Positions 9,743-18,444 of a stretch of DNA of 64,000 bases are shown here, piece by piece. Within the stretch, counting starts at the first letter, position 1, and every line of letters starts with the position of its first letter. The notes below the pieces were generated by a model that did not search any database, was not told the origin of the DNA, and worked only from the letters and a program-made list of their open reading frames with translations. The stretch spans positions 2,528,088 to 2,592,087 of the forward strand of contig CBDHFM010000030.1 of the NCBI GenBank assembly GCA_965262505.1. The letters are read 5' to 3'. A program made the translations under genes and the position numbers. Origin of the DNA: Vicinamibacterales bacterium (GTDB taxonomy: Bacteria > Acidobacteriota > Vicinamibacteria > Vicinamibacterales > UBA2999).

Positions 9743-10742
9743 CCTGTCGATACTGTTCCGGCGCGAGACCGCGCGGGCGCTGAGGACCGACCCCTTCCGC
9801 ATGATCGTGCGTAGGGCGATGCGACCCGTTGAGCGCTGGATGAATGGCAGGCGCCTCGCGCGTTGGGTCGACCGGCGCTACGGCAGCGACGTGGCACTAC
9901 GCTATCGGCTGTCGGAAGTACTTTCCCAGTCGCGGTGCCTCGACGGCTGCCACGAGCACGCGCCAACCTCCGTCTTCGCGTCGTTTCTGCGCCCAGGTGG
10001 GATCGTCGCGGATATCGGCGCGAACCTTGGCGAGTACTCGATTGTCGCTGGGCACGCCGTCGGTCCTGCGGGTCGTGTCATCGCCGTCGAACCCAACCCG
10101 GAGGTCCGCGCGCGCCTCGAGTGGAACGTGCAGCTCAACGCGCTCACCAATGTCACAATCGTGCCGGCCGCGTGCTCAGATGCGAATGGCAAGGCGGAGT
10201 TGCACGTACCCAACAGCGAGTGGGGCTTGGGAACGCTTGAGCCGCACGGGACGGGCGATGCCTTCTCCGTGCCCACGAGAAGGCTCGATGACGTGATGAC
10301 CGAGTGGGCGCTACCCAGACTCGATGTCATCAAGATTGACGTTAAAGGACACGAGATCAGCGCGTTCCGAGGCGGCAAACGCACTCTGGTCGCGCACCAT
10401 CCGGCAGTCCTCTACGAGGTCGGCGCCGAGACGCTGAAGTGGCAGAGTTCGCGCTGGCACTCGTCCGCCAGCGAGTTCCTGGTGCAAGAGGGCTATCACA
10501 TCTTCGGCATCGTACCGAATCGCCGCGGGTTCTGGCGACTGGAGCGGGTTGACTGGACCCGGAACCCCGTGGGCCTCTATCGCCTGCCATGGGCGGCGCT
10601 CAGCCTCGTTGCGCTGCATCCCGCCTCGCAGTTCTACGCGATCAGGCGTGGCGCGCCGGCGTGGCCCGCGTGCGGTGTGTTCGAGATCCTGAGCCGCGCT
10701 GGTACCAGTCCGCCCGCTCCGCGTGCGGGCAGTTTCGCGTGA
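9732..10742 (+). CDS. FkbM family methyltransferase
   Basis: DIGANLGEYSIVAGHAVGPAGRVIAVEPNPEVRARLEWNVQLN..IDVKGHEISAFRGG is the FkbM signature. Confidence 0.8.
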   Translation: MMTDLSILFRRETARALRTDPFRMIVRRAMRPVERWMNGRRLARWVDRRYGSDVALRYRLSEVLSQSRCLDGCHEHAPTSVFASFLRPGGIVADIGANLGEYSIVAGHAVGPAGRVIAVEPNPEVRARLEWNVQLNALTNVTIVPAACSDANGKAELHVPNSEWGLGTLEPHGTGDAFSVPTRRLDDVMTEWALPRLDVIKIDVKGHEISAFRGGKRTLVAHHPAVLYEVGAETLKWQSSRWHSSASEFLVQEGYHIFGIVPNRRGFWRLERVDWTRNPVGLYRLPWAALSLVALHPASQFYAIRRGAPAWPACGVFEILSRAGTSPPAPRAGSFA

Positions 10743-10772
10743 TACCATCACGGGGCCAAGGGGAGTCTTCCG

Positions 10773-11075
10773 GTGCCTCACTGTCCTAAGTGCAACTCGA
10801 CAAGCCTCCGCCGTTCTCGGACCAGAACTCGCTGGGAGCGATGGCGCAAGGAAATCACTGGCAAACGCCTTTACCGGTGTCGTGGATGTCAGTGGCGTGG
10901 ATGGAAATCCCCTCGGTTAATGGACTTCGACACGATGTCCTCCCAGGACCGGTCTGCGATTCCCGAACCACCCAATCTCGGTGGTACGCTGCTGGCGAGG
11001 TCCGAACGCCCGTCGCAGATCAAGCCGGCGGACCTCGACCGGTTCCACTCGCCCACAGACGAGGACGACGCCTAG
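10773..11075 (+). CDS. Small zinc-ribbon protein (hypothetical)
   Basis: 100 aa with CPKC..(28 aa)..CRGC cysteine pairs, basic N-terminal half. GGGGAG lies 7 nt upstream of the start. Confidence 0.45.
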   Translation: MPHCPKCNSTSLRRSRTRTRWERWRKEITGKRLYRCRGCQWRGWKSPRLMDFDTMSSQDRSAIPEPPNLGGTLLARSERPSQIKPADLDRFHSPTDEDDA

Positions 11076-11079
11076 GCAC

Positions 11080-11811
11080 ATGGCGCTCCGGATCGGATTC
11101 GATCTCGACGGCGTGCTCGCCGACATGGAGTCGGGGCTGATCCGGGAGGCTGAAAATGTGTTCGGCGAGCGCCTGAAGCGCCGGCACACAGGATCGGATC
11201 GCGCTGCGTCACTCTCCATGTTAGACCTTGCTCCCGATGAGATATCTGACGATGCGCCGCTGCGGCGTGATCTGCACTTGACCCGTCATGAGCGCAGCAT
11301 CCTCTGGCGCGTCATCCGCGCATACGACGGGTTCTGGGAATCGCTCGACGAGATCGAGCCGGGGGCCGTCGCGCGGCTCGCGGCGATCGCGGCCGAACGA
11401 AGGTGGGAAATCATCTTCCTGACCAAACGTCCAGCAACCGCTGGCGCCACGGCGCAGCTCCAGTCTCAGCGATGGCTTGAGGTAAAAGGATTCCATCTGC
11501 CGAGCGTGTACGTCGTCACCGCTTCGCGCGGCCTCATCGCGGTCGGGCTTTCGCTTGACATCGTTGTCGATGACACCCTGGAGAACTGCGTCGATGTGGC
11601 CTCCGATTCAAAGGCGCGTACCATCGCCATCTTCCGCAATCGTGAGGCGGAGCCGCCGCCTGTCATGAACAAAATGGGGATCCATCTCGTACATTCGGTC
11701 GGAGAATGCCTCGATCTGCTGACGGAGATCGACTCGAGCCTCGAACAGCGCCCGGGAGCGATGGAACGCGTCGCGCAGACTCTTGGCCTGAAGCCACGGT
11801 CTGGCGCCTAG
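11080..11811 (+). CDS. HAD-superfamily hydrolase (5'-nucleotidase-like)
   Basis: The internal ATG at 11080 gives MALRIGFDLDGVLADM (DxDxV HAD motif I). Later IVVDD. The listed ORF start 10981 overlaps the previous gene. Confidence 0.65.
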   Translation: MALRIGFDLDGVLADMESGLIREAENVFGERLKRRHTGSDRAASLSMLDLAPDEISDDAPLRRDLHLTRHERSILWRVIRAYDGFWESLDEIEPGAVARLAAIAAERRWEIIFLTKRPATAGATAQLQSQRWLEVKGFHLPSVYVVTASRGLIAVGLSLDIVVDDTLENCVDVASDSKARTIAIFRNREAEPPPVMNKMGIHLVHSVGECLDLLTEIDSSLEQRPGAMERVAQTLGLKPRSGA

Positions 11812-11868
11812 ACGGCCGCGGCGCGTTGGAACTGAAACGGCTTTCCAAGCAATCCTACAGGAGGCGAT

Positions 11869-12066
11869 ATGGTCAGTATTGCAAAGGCGCTTATCGGACT
11901 CGCGGCAGTCGCGATGGTGCTCGCCGTGGTGAGTAATTTCACAGTAGAACCCTGGTTTGTGTTTACGTCAGCGGAGGGTTTCTCCAGAGCCTCGACCAAT
12001 CTGTCACTGCTCGCTATCGCCCTGGCGTTGTGTTTTGGCACCGGCCGGTCGGCGTCGCTCACCTGA
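11869..12066 (+). CDS. Small two-TM membrane protein (hypothetical)
   Basis: 65 aa with two hydrophobic stretches. AGGAGG lies 5 nt upstream of the ATG. Confidence 0.35.
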   Translation: MVSIAKALIGLAAVAMVLAVVSNFTVEPWFVFTSAEGFSRASTNLSLLAIALALCFGTGRSASLT

Positions 12067-12095
12067 TCGCAGTCAACGGAACGCCGCCGGTGGAA

Positions 12096-12657
12096 ATGAC
12101 TCCGAGGCAGGCAGTTGCTGCGGTTCGAGGGAGGTTCCCGTTCCCTGGCTACACCGATCACAGCACGGCCGCCTACCTGAACACCGCCGCAACGGTCATG
12201 CGGCACCTCCCCAAGGATTCCACAATCCTCGACTTCGGCTGCGGCCAGGCGGACAAGACCGCTGTCCTCTCATTGCTCGGCTACCGCTGCACTGGATACG
12301 ACGACCTGGGGGACGAATGGTACCAACGCGACGGCAACCGCGGACGAATTCTTGACTTTGCGCGATCCACAAGCGTCGAGTACATCGTGGAGAGGCCACG
12401 TCCGCGAATACGTCCGCGATGACCTGGCGCAGCTCTGCGTCTACGCCGGGTTAACACGGAGGGAACTCCGGAGCTGGCATCAGATGCTAGAGAATAGATG
12501 CTTCCCGTGGATCGTCCGACGGACGTATGAAGCAGCGACCGTTCTGTTCCCAGGCTGGCGAGACACCTGGATGCTCGTCGGGCAGAAACTGGCGAACTGG
12601 CGGCGGGATGAAAACCCTCCGAGCCTCGAGGAGTTGGCGACGATATACAACGGTTGA
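12096..12657 (+). pseudogene. Class I SAM-dependent methyltransferase with internal deletion plus frameshift near 12385-12392
   Basis: The N-terminal part (ILDFGCGQADKTAVLSLLGYRCTGYDD) is in ORF 12030..12422. The C-terminal part (SWRGHVREYVRDDL..FPGWRDTWMLVGQK) is in ORF 12352..12657 in another frame. The catalytic core between them is missing. Confidence 0.5.
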
Positions 12658-13931
12658 TGCATCGCTTCCAGCGCGTGAGGTCGGCCGTTACCTCCCCGAT
12701 CAGAATTCTTCGGGTCATTCCCCGTTACGCTCCGGCGTGGCAATATGGCGGCAGTGTCAGGTTCAGCTACGACCTCGACACGGCGCTCATAGACCGGGGA
12801 TTCAACATCACGGTCTATACGTCGGATCAAGTCGATGAACACCGAAGGTCCACGACCCGCCGGGAACATCTGAACGGTATCGACGTCCATCGTTTCCCTA
12901 ACCCGTGGAACTATCTGGCGAGCCGGGCGGCGTGGCTGGGGTTCTACCCGCTCGGACTGCGTCGCGCACTGCACGAGAACGCCGGACGCTTCGATCTGAT
13001 TCACGTAACCGAAGCGAGAGGCCCCCATGCGCGCTGGGCATTCGCGGCGGCGCGCGCGGCGGGCGTCCCGGTCACGTGGTCTCCACTCGGAGCGCTCGCC
13101 GACGGCGTCGGTATTCGAAAACCCTACCGGCGCATGTACGACGTCGTGTACGGCACACCTCGTCTCGTGACTGAGGCCTGCGTGCTCATGGGTCAGTCCG
13201 CTCACGAAGAGCAGGTTTTCGAACGGTTCGGCGCGCGGTCCTCGCAAATCAAGATCATCGGCTTGGGAGTCGATGACCGGTGGTTCCGCGACTTGCCGGC
13301 GCGTGGGCAGTTTCGGCACGCATTGGGGATTGAACCTGCGCACCCCATGGTGCTGTTCATCGGCCGGTTGCACCCCACCAAGGGCCTGGACGTGCTGCTG
13401 CGGGCGGCGGCCATCGTGAGGCGGACCTATCCGGACCTCCAGGTTGTCTTGATTGGATGGGATCATGGCGCCCTACGCACCGTCCGGCGTGTCTGTCGCT
13501 CGTTGGGCCTCGAAGACGCCGTGAGGATTCTTCCGCCGGCGTTCGAGATCGCACGAATTCAAGCGTACGTCGATGCTGACGTCTTCGCGGTCTCGGCGAC
13601 GACCTATGAGGAAACGTCGTTGGCCGCCATGGAAGCGATCGCCTCCGGCACGCCCTGCGTCCTCACCAGACAGTGTGAAATCCCTGGGCTCGAAGCTGCT
13701 GGCGGCGGGTTGGTGACCGAGTGCACCCCCGAAGCCTTTGCCGCTGGCCTGCGGGCTGTACTGTCCGACCGTAACCGCGCGGAGCGTGCCCTGGCCGCAC
13801 GGCGTTCGATTCTCGCGTCGCGGACCTCCGAACACGCCGCGGATGCGTACGCGGACCTGTTCCGCCGAATCGTGGGCGCCCAGGCACCGCCGTCGCGGGA
13901 TTCGATCGCGAAGGAGGCCGTCACTTCTTGA
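12654..13931 (+). CDS. Glycosyltransferase family 4
   Basis: 425 aa. RILRVIPRYAPAWQYGGSV N-terminus; GRLHPTKGLDVLL and ETSLAAMEAIASGTPCVLT GT1 motifs. Confidence 0.85.
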   Translation: MMHRFQRVRSAVTSPIRILRVIPRYAPAWQYGGSVRFSYDLDTALIDRGFNITVYTSDQVDEHRRSTTRREHLNGIDVHRFPNPWNYLASRAAWLGFYPLGLRRALHENAGRFDLIHVTEARGPHARWAFAAARAAGVPVTWSPLGALADGVGIRKPYRRMYDVVYGTPRLVTEACVLMGQSAHEEQVFERFGARSSQIKIIGLGVDDRWFRDLPARGQFRHALGIEPAHPMVLFIGRLHPTKGLDVLLRAAAIVRRTYPDLQVVLIGWDHGALRTVRRVCRSLGLEDAVRILPPAFEIARIQAYVDADVFAVSATTYEETSLAAMEAIASGTPCVLTRQCEIPGLEAAGGGLVTECTPEAFAAGLRAVLSDRNRAERALAARRSILASRTSEHAADAYADLFRRIVGAQAPPSRDSIAKEAVTS

Positions 13932-14057
13932 TCTCGACGCCGTCCGTCCCTCGAGGGGTGCTTTGGCACTCCTCGGTCGGGTCAATTCCGTAGCCGGCGG
14001 GCGACGCAACCACGATCCTCCGGGTTGCCAGGCATTCGCGGCGAGATCCCTTCCTTG

Positions 14058-14310
14058 ATGCCGGCTCAATTCTTCAAACGGTGGTTCGCCGCGATCCTGT
14101 TGACCTATGCGATCGGCTTCTGCGTCTTCTACCTGAACGTTTTTACCGCTTCGGACGAGTCTCTATACGTGGAACAGGCGATGGCATTCGCCACTGGCAG
14201 TATTGCGTTACGGGACGGCGCTACGACCTGGACACGGCCCTCACGAACCGCGGATTCGACATCACCGTGCATACGTCAGATAAGATGAGTGAAGATCGGC
14301 AGGCGCCGCT
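14058..14310 (+). pseudogene. Mosaic of two gene remnants: N-terminus of a GT-C membrane glycosyltransferase joined to an N-terminal relic of a GT4 paralog
   Basis: MPAQFFKRWFAAILLTYAIGFCVFYLNVFTASDESLYVEQA (ArnT/PMT-like start) ends near 14212. From ~14219, in another frame, YDLDTALTNRGFDITVHTSDKMSEDR parallels YDLDTALIDRGFNITVYTSDQVDEHR of the 12654 gene. Confidence 0.5.
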
Positions 14311-14379
14311 GTGGCGGAATTCGTTGGCGGGCTTGTCGCTTTTTTTCCGCGAAAAGAGAGCCGCGCACGTGGAGGCGAT

Positions 14380-16211
14380 GTGAAACAGATCAAGGTCCTC
14401 AGCGCGCAATTCAATTACCAGTACGGCGACGTCATTTATTTCCCGTACAGCATTGCGTGTCTGGTAGCCTACATTAGATCGTTTCCTGAACTTGCCTCCC
14501 GGTTTCAGTTCGAGAAGACATTCGTTTTCAGAAACAGGTTCGACCAGTACCTGTCCAGATGCACCGGTGTCGATATCCTGCTGTGTTCCTGCTACACGTG
14601 GAACTGGGAAATCACCACACGGCTGGCGCAAAAGGTCAAGGAACGCAATCCGCACTGCACGGTGATATTCGGCGGCCCACAGGTGCCGCTCCACTACGAA
14701 GGTGATGTGCCTCTCAAGTGGGTGGCACAGACGAAGGGTGCGTTTTTTGCGGACTATCCATACGTCGATATTCTCGTGCACCAGGAGGCGGAGCACACGC
14801 TCAAGGAGATCTTCAGCGCCTACATCAGCGACAGGGACTACTCGAACATCAACGGGCTGGAAACCCGCGAATTCAGGACGCCCCCTGCCTCGAGGATCCT
14901 GGACCTGGAGGCCCTGCCGTCGCCCTACCTCACCAACCTCGTCTGGGAACTCGTCGAGCCGGTCGAGGACGTGACCTATATCGCGTCCTGGGAAACCAAT
15001 CGCGGCTGCCCGTTCGCATGCACCTTCTGCGACTGGGGCAGCGCCACCATGTCACGAGTCAGGAAGCGGAACATGGACGTGCTGCTCCGGGAAATCGAAT
15101 GGTTCGCCGATAACAGAATCCCGTACGTGGATTGCTGCGACGCGAACTTCGGCATTTTCGCCGAACGAGATCTCGAGCTCGCGATAAAACTGAAGGCTGA
15201 AAAGTTGGCGAAAGGCTTCCCCGGTAGGGTGCGTCCCGCCTGGGTGAAAGGCTCGTCAGAGAGGGTGATGCCGATCGCCAGGGAGTTACTCGACGCCGGC
15301 CTGCTGCGCGCCGTTACCCTTTCCGTCCAGTCGCTCGACCCGGACACGCTGAGGATCGTCAAAAGAACCAACATACGATTCGATCGATTTTCCAGCCTCG
15401 TGCAGCGGTTCAGCGACCACGGGATCGAAACCTATACCGAAATCATCATGGGCATGCCGGGAGAGACGCTGGCGAGCTATCTGAACGGCCTCGAGCAGCT
15501 CATGGAGATCTTTCCACGGCCCGTAATCTTCATCTTCAATTGCGGTGTGTTTGTGAATGCCCCGATGAACAGCCCGGCGTACCGGCAGACCCACGGCATC
15601 GAGGTGATCAAATCTCCGGTTTACCTCTGGCATTCGTCGATCGACAACCGCGGGGACGTCCCTGAATACGAGTACATCACGATCAGCGCCAACAGCTTCT
15701 CGAGCGCTGACCTGCACCAGATGTACCTTTACGGATGGATGGCCCAGGCGTTCCACAGCCTTGGGATCCTCGAGTACGTCGCCAAGTTCTATCACCAGGT
15801 GTTCGGCCTGACATTCATCGACTTTTACCAACGGTTGCTCGAATACTGCAGGAGCCGTGAAGGCACCCTGTTCAACAGGGAATACAGAACGATCTGTGAC
15901 TATATCGCCACGGGTTATTCAGGCGACGGATGGGACCATGCCGATCCTGATCTGCCCCCCCTCTACTGGCCGATTGAGGAGGCCACCTGGCTGCGTTGCG
16001 TGCGGGACAGCACCCAGCTCGAGGCCGAGATACGTGATTTTCTGCGGTACCTGGAAGGACGACTCGGGGTCAGCACCGAGGCCGACATGCTCGACGACCT
16101 GGTCCGTTTCCAGGTCTTCCTCCTCTCAACGATGGATCACAAGGAACCGGTGAAGGCCTACACGGCGGAGTACGCGTGGAAGGACTTCCTCATCGATGGC
16201 TGCCTGAGCGT
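14380..16211 (+). pseudogene. Cobalamin-binding-domain radical SAM enzyme (class B type), 5' portion, interrupted by an IS
   Basis: GGAGG lies 4 nt before the GTG at 14380. N-terminal B12-domain-like region. Radical SAM cluster motif NRGCPFACTFCDWG. The annotated stop at 16245 lies inside the IS terminal repeat. Confidence 0.8.
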
Positions 16212-16251
16212 TGTACCGCCACGGATTTCTTGGACAGCCGGGTGAGTGTAT

Positions 16252-17157
16252 TCACGCGGCCGTGGTGAGCGCAACCGCGCGACGGACGACGGCGGGTGCG
16301 CGGAAGCCGAGTCGCTCGATCAACCACTGCTGGTTATAGGTCTCCTTGAAGGTGCGCAGCGCCTGCTGCAAGTCCTCGACATCCGTAAAGTGGCGCACCC
16401 ACAGCAGCTGTTCCTTGAGGGTGCGGAAGAACCGTTCGATGCAGCCGTTCCCCTCGGGCTGGCGGACGAAGGCCGGTGATGACACGATGCCGAGGAACCG
16501 GAGCTCGGCGTGAAAGTCGTTGCTCATGTACTGACTGCCGTGGTCGTGGCGCATCGTGAGCCCGCTCGCCACGCCGGCGGCCATCGTCCCGAAGTGATCT
16601 CGGACGCCCTGGCGCACCGGCTCCAACGCCTCGAAGCGCGTGCCGGACTTCGCCGCGTGTAGTCCCACACATTCGGCCGTGCAGTGATCGATCGCCCCGA
16701 CGATCGTGACGTGGCCGTCCGCCAGCGTCACGGTGGCCGTCGCATCGGTGCCCCACATCACGTTGGGACTGGCGGTGACGATGGTGCCGTCGTGGGGACG
16801 GGCGGCGACCGGCGTGGGCAGCCGCGCAGGGCCGAGCAAGTCGGCAGCGCGCATCACGACCAACGTCCGACGTTTCGACGTGCGCAGCCCCTGCACCCGC
16901 AAGCGCGCCCAGATCTTGCGGTGCCCTTCGCCGTGGAACGGACTCGCGGCGATCACGGCCCGGACCGCGGCCGTCAGCGCCGCATCCGACTGGGGCGGCT
17001 TGGGTCCGCGCTTGGCCACCGGCGTCGGCCGGGCGCGCCGGGTCCGTTGCGCGTAGACCGTCGAGCGCGGCACCTGCCACACGCGCGTGACGCGGGCGAT
17101 GCCGTACGGCCGGTGGGTGGAGGGCGAAGTCGCGTGACTCATCGCTTCGACCTCCAC
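16252..17157 (-). CDS. IS3-family transposase OrfB (rve/DDE integrase core)
   Basis: 301 aa. DHGSQYMSNDF..PEGNGCIERFFRTLKEQL is an integrase-core signature. Overlaps orfA in the -1 frame. Confidence 0.85.
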   Translation of the reverse strand: MEVEAMSHATSPSTHRPYGIARVTRVWQVPRSTVYAQRTRRARPTPVAKRGPKPPQSDAALTAAVRAVIAASPFHGEGHRKIWARLRVQGLRTSKRRTLVVMRAADLLGPARLPTPVAARPHDGTIVTASPNVMWGTDATATVTLADGHVTIVGAIDHCTAECVGLHAAKSGTRFEALEPVRQGVRDHFGTMAAGVASGLTMRHDHGSQYMSNDFHAELRFLGIVSSPAFVRQPEGNGCIERFFRTLKEQLLWVRHFTDVEDLQQALRTFKETYNQQWLIERLGFRAPAVVRRAVALTTAA

Positions 17158-17531
17158 CAGCCCAAAGGGCGGCCGGCCTCCAGGTGTCGAATCTTCTCGG
17201 CCAGCAACGCCTTGTCGGTGGCGAGATCCGCCACGACGCGCTTGAGCCGCCGCGTGTCCGCGCCCTCGACGGCGACCTCGCGATGCTTGAGGCGGGCCTC
17301 ACCGCCGGCCACGAAGTCGTCACGCCACTGCGAGAGCTTCGCCGCCGTCACGCCATGGCGACGACTGAGGCTCTCGAGTGATTCCCCCTTGAGGACCTCG
17401 ATGACCACGGAGACTTTTCGTCGCGCGGACCACCGCCCCGTGCCGACGAGCGCCCACGAGGCTGAGGCCTCTGCGGTCGCCCTCCGGGCTCCCTCCGAGG
17501 CCTCAGCCTCGTGCTGTTTTCCCTTGGACAT
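17139..17531 (-). CDS. IS3-family transposase OrfA (HTH plus leucine-zipper-like region)
   Basis: 130 aa. VIEVLKGESLESLSRRHGVTAAKLSQWRDDF is HTH-like, followed by a coiled RLKRVVADLATDKALLAEKIRHLE. A candidate -1 slippery heptamer C_CCT_TTG (minus strand, 17163-17169) lies before the orfA stop. Confidence 0.8.
   Translation of the reverse strand: MSKGKQHEAEASEGARRATAEASASWALVGTGRWSARRKVSVVIEVLKGESLESLSRRHGVTAAKLSQWRDDFVAGGEARLKHREVAVEGADTRRLKRVVADLATDKALLAEKIRHLEAGRPLGWWRSKR
17455..17513 (-). promoter_or_regulatory. 17-bp perfect inverted repeat (stem-loop) in the first 25 codons of IS3-like orfA
   Basis: CACGAGGCTGAGGCCTC (17455-17471) and GAGGCCTCAGCCTCGTG (17497-17513) are exact reverse complements, separated by a 25-nt loop. 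Confidence 0.4.
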
Positions 17532-17584
17532 AACTCATTCTCCTTCTCGCAGAAGGCTGTCCAAAGAAATCGTGGGGCGCGGGA

Positions 17585-17785
17585 GGCTGCCTGAGCGTCG
17601 ACGACTTGCACCGCGTGCCGACGGCATATGCCTGGGATAACAAGGTCACCGACGACGACCTGGTGCAGTGGTGCTACAAGGCGATTTGGGTCGGCCGGAC
17701 GCAGGGCAACTACAAGGTCCGCCCCGAGTCCCTGCGTGAGCCGCGCATCTCGTCCATCACAGCCCTCACGTCGCGCGTGGGCTAG
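17585..17785 (+). pseudogene. Radical SAM enzyme, displaced 3' portion (66 codons; not in the ORF track because it has no Met)
   Basis: Hand translation from 17585: GCLSVDDLHRVPTAYAWDNKVTDDDLVQWCYKAIWVGRTQGNYKVRPESLREPRISSITALTSRVG, with stop TAG at 17783-17785. It continues ..AEYAWKDFLIDGCLSV of the 5' part in frame once the IS and one repeat copy are removed (1387 nt = 3n+1, which matches the frame offset). Confidence 0.75.
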
Positions 17786-17792
17786 ACGAAGG

Positions 17793-18444
17793 ATGAGCGA
17801 GCCGCGACGCATCATCAATGTGTTCCAGCCTTCGCTTCAGCGCGAAGAGCTGGACGCCGTCGCGAGCGTGTTCGAGTCGAATTGGATCGGGAAGGGCGCC
17901 GTGACCGCCAGCCTCGAGGCCGCGTTTGCAGTTTATCTGCGGGCGGACCGCACGCTGGTGCGCAGCGTCAATTGCTGCACGGAAGGTCTGTTCCAGTCGA
18001 TGGCGCTCCTCGGAGTCGGTCAGGGCGACGAAGTTGTCCTCCCTTCCATCAGTTACGTGGGTGCGGCACACGCGGTCGTCGCGGCTGGGGCAACGCCGAT
18101 TTTTTGTGACGTCGACCCGAGAACGCTGAATGCCACGGCCGCGCACATCGCAGAGAAGATCACGCCCTTGACGAGAGCGGCGCTCGTTTTACATTACGGA
18201 GGCCTCCCGTGTGAAATGGATGCCGTCTGCTCGCTTCTTCAGGGCAAGGGAATCCCTCTGATTGAGGACAGCGCGTGCAGCGTTGCCTCCTCCTACAGAG
18301 GCAAGTCCTGCGGCACCTTCGGCGATGTTGGGCTCTGGTCCTTCGGCCCGGTGAAGATCGTGTCCACGGGGGACGGCGGGATGATCTACTGCCGGGACGC
18401 CGGCATGGCCGAGCGCGCCGAACGGCTCCTGAATCTCGGGCTTA
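17793..18444 (+). pseudogene. DegT/DnrJ/EryC1/StrS-family sugar aminotransferase, 5' portion, interrupted by an IS
   Basis: MSEPRRIINVFQPSLQREELDAVASVFESNWIGKG..; PLP-lysine region WSFGPVKIVSTGDGGMIY. Reading continues into the IS after ..ERLLNLGL. Confidence 0.8.

Larger units (their letters stand above)
16212..17584 (-). mobile_element. IS3-family-like insertion sequence (orfA/orfB), 1373 bp
   Basis: Imperfect terminal inverted repeats: CCACGGATTTCTTGGACAGCC (16219-16239) versus the reverse complement of GGCTGTCCAAAGAAATCGTGG (17555-17575). Flanked by an exact 14-bp direct repeat, GGCTGCCTGAGCGT (16198-16211 and 17585-17598). Confidence 0.8.
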
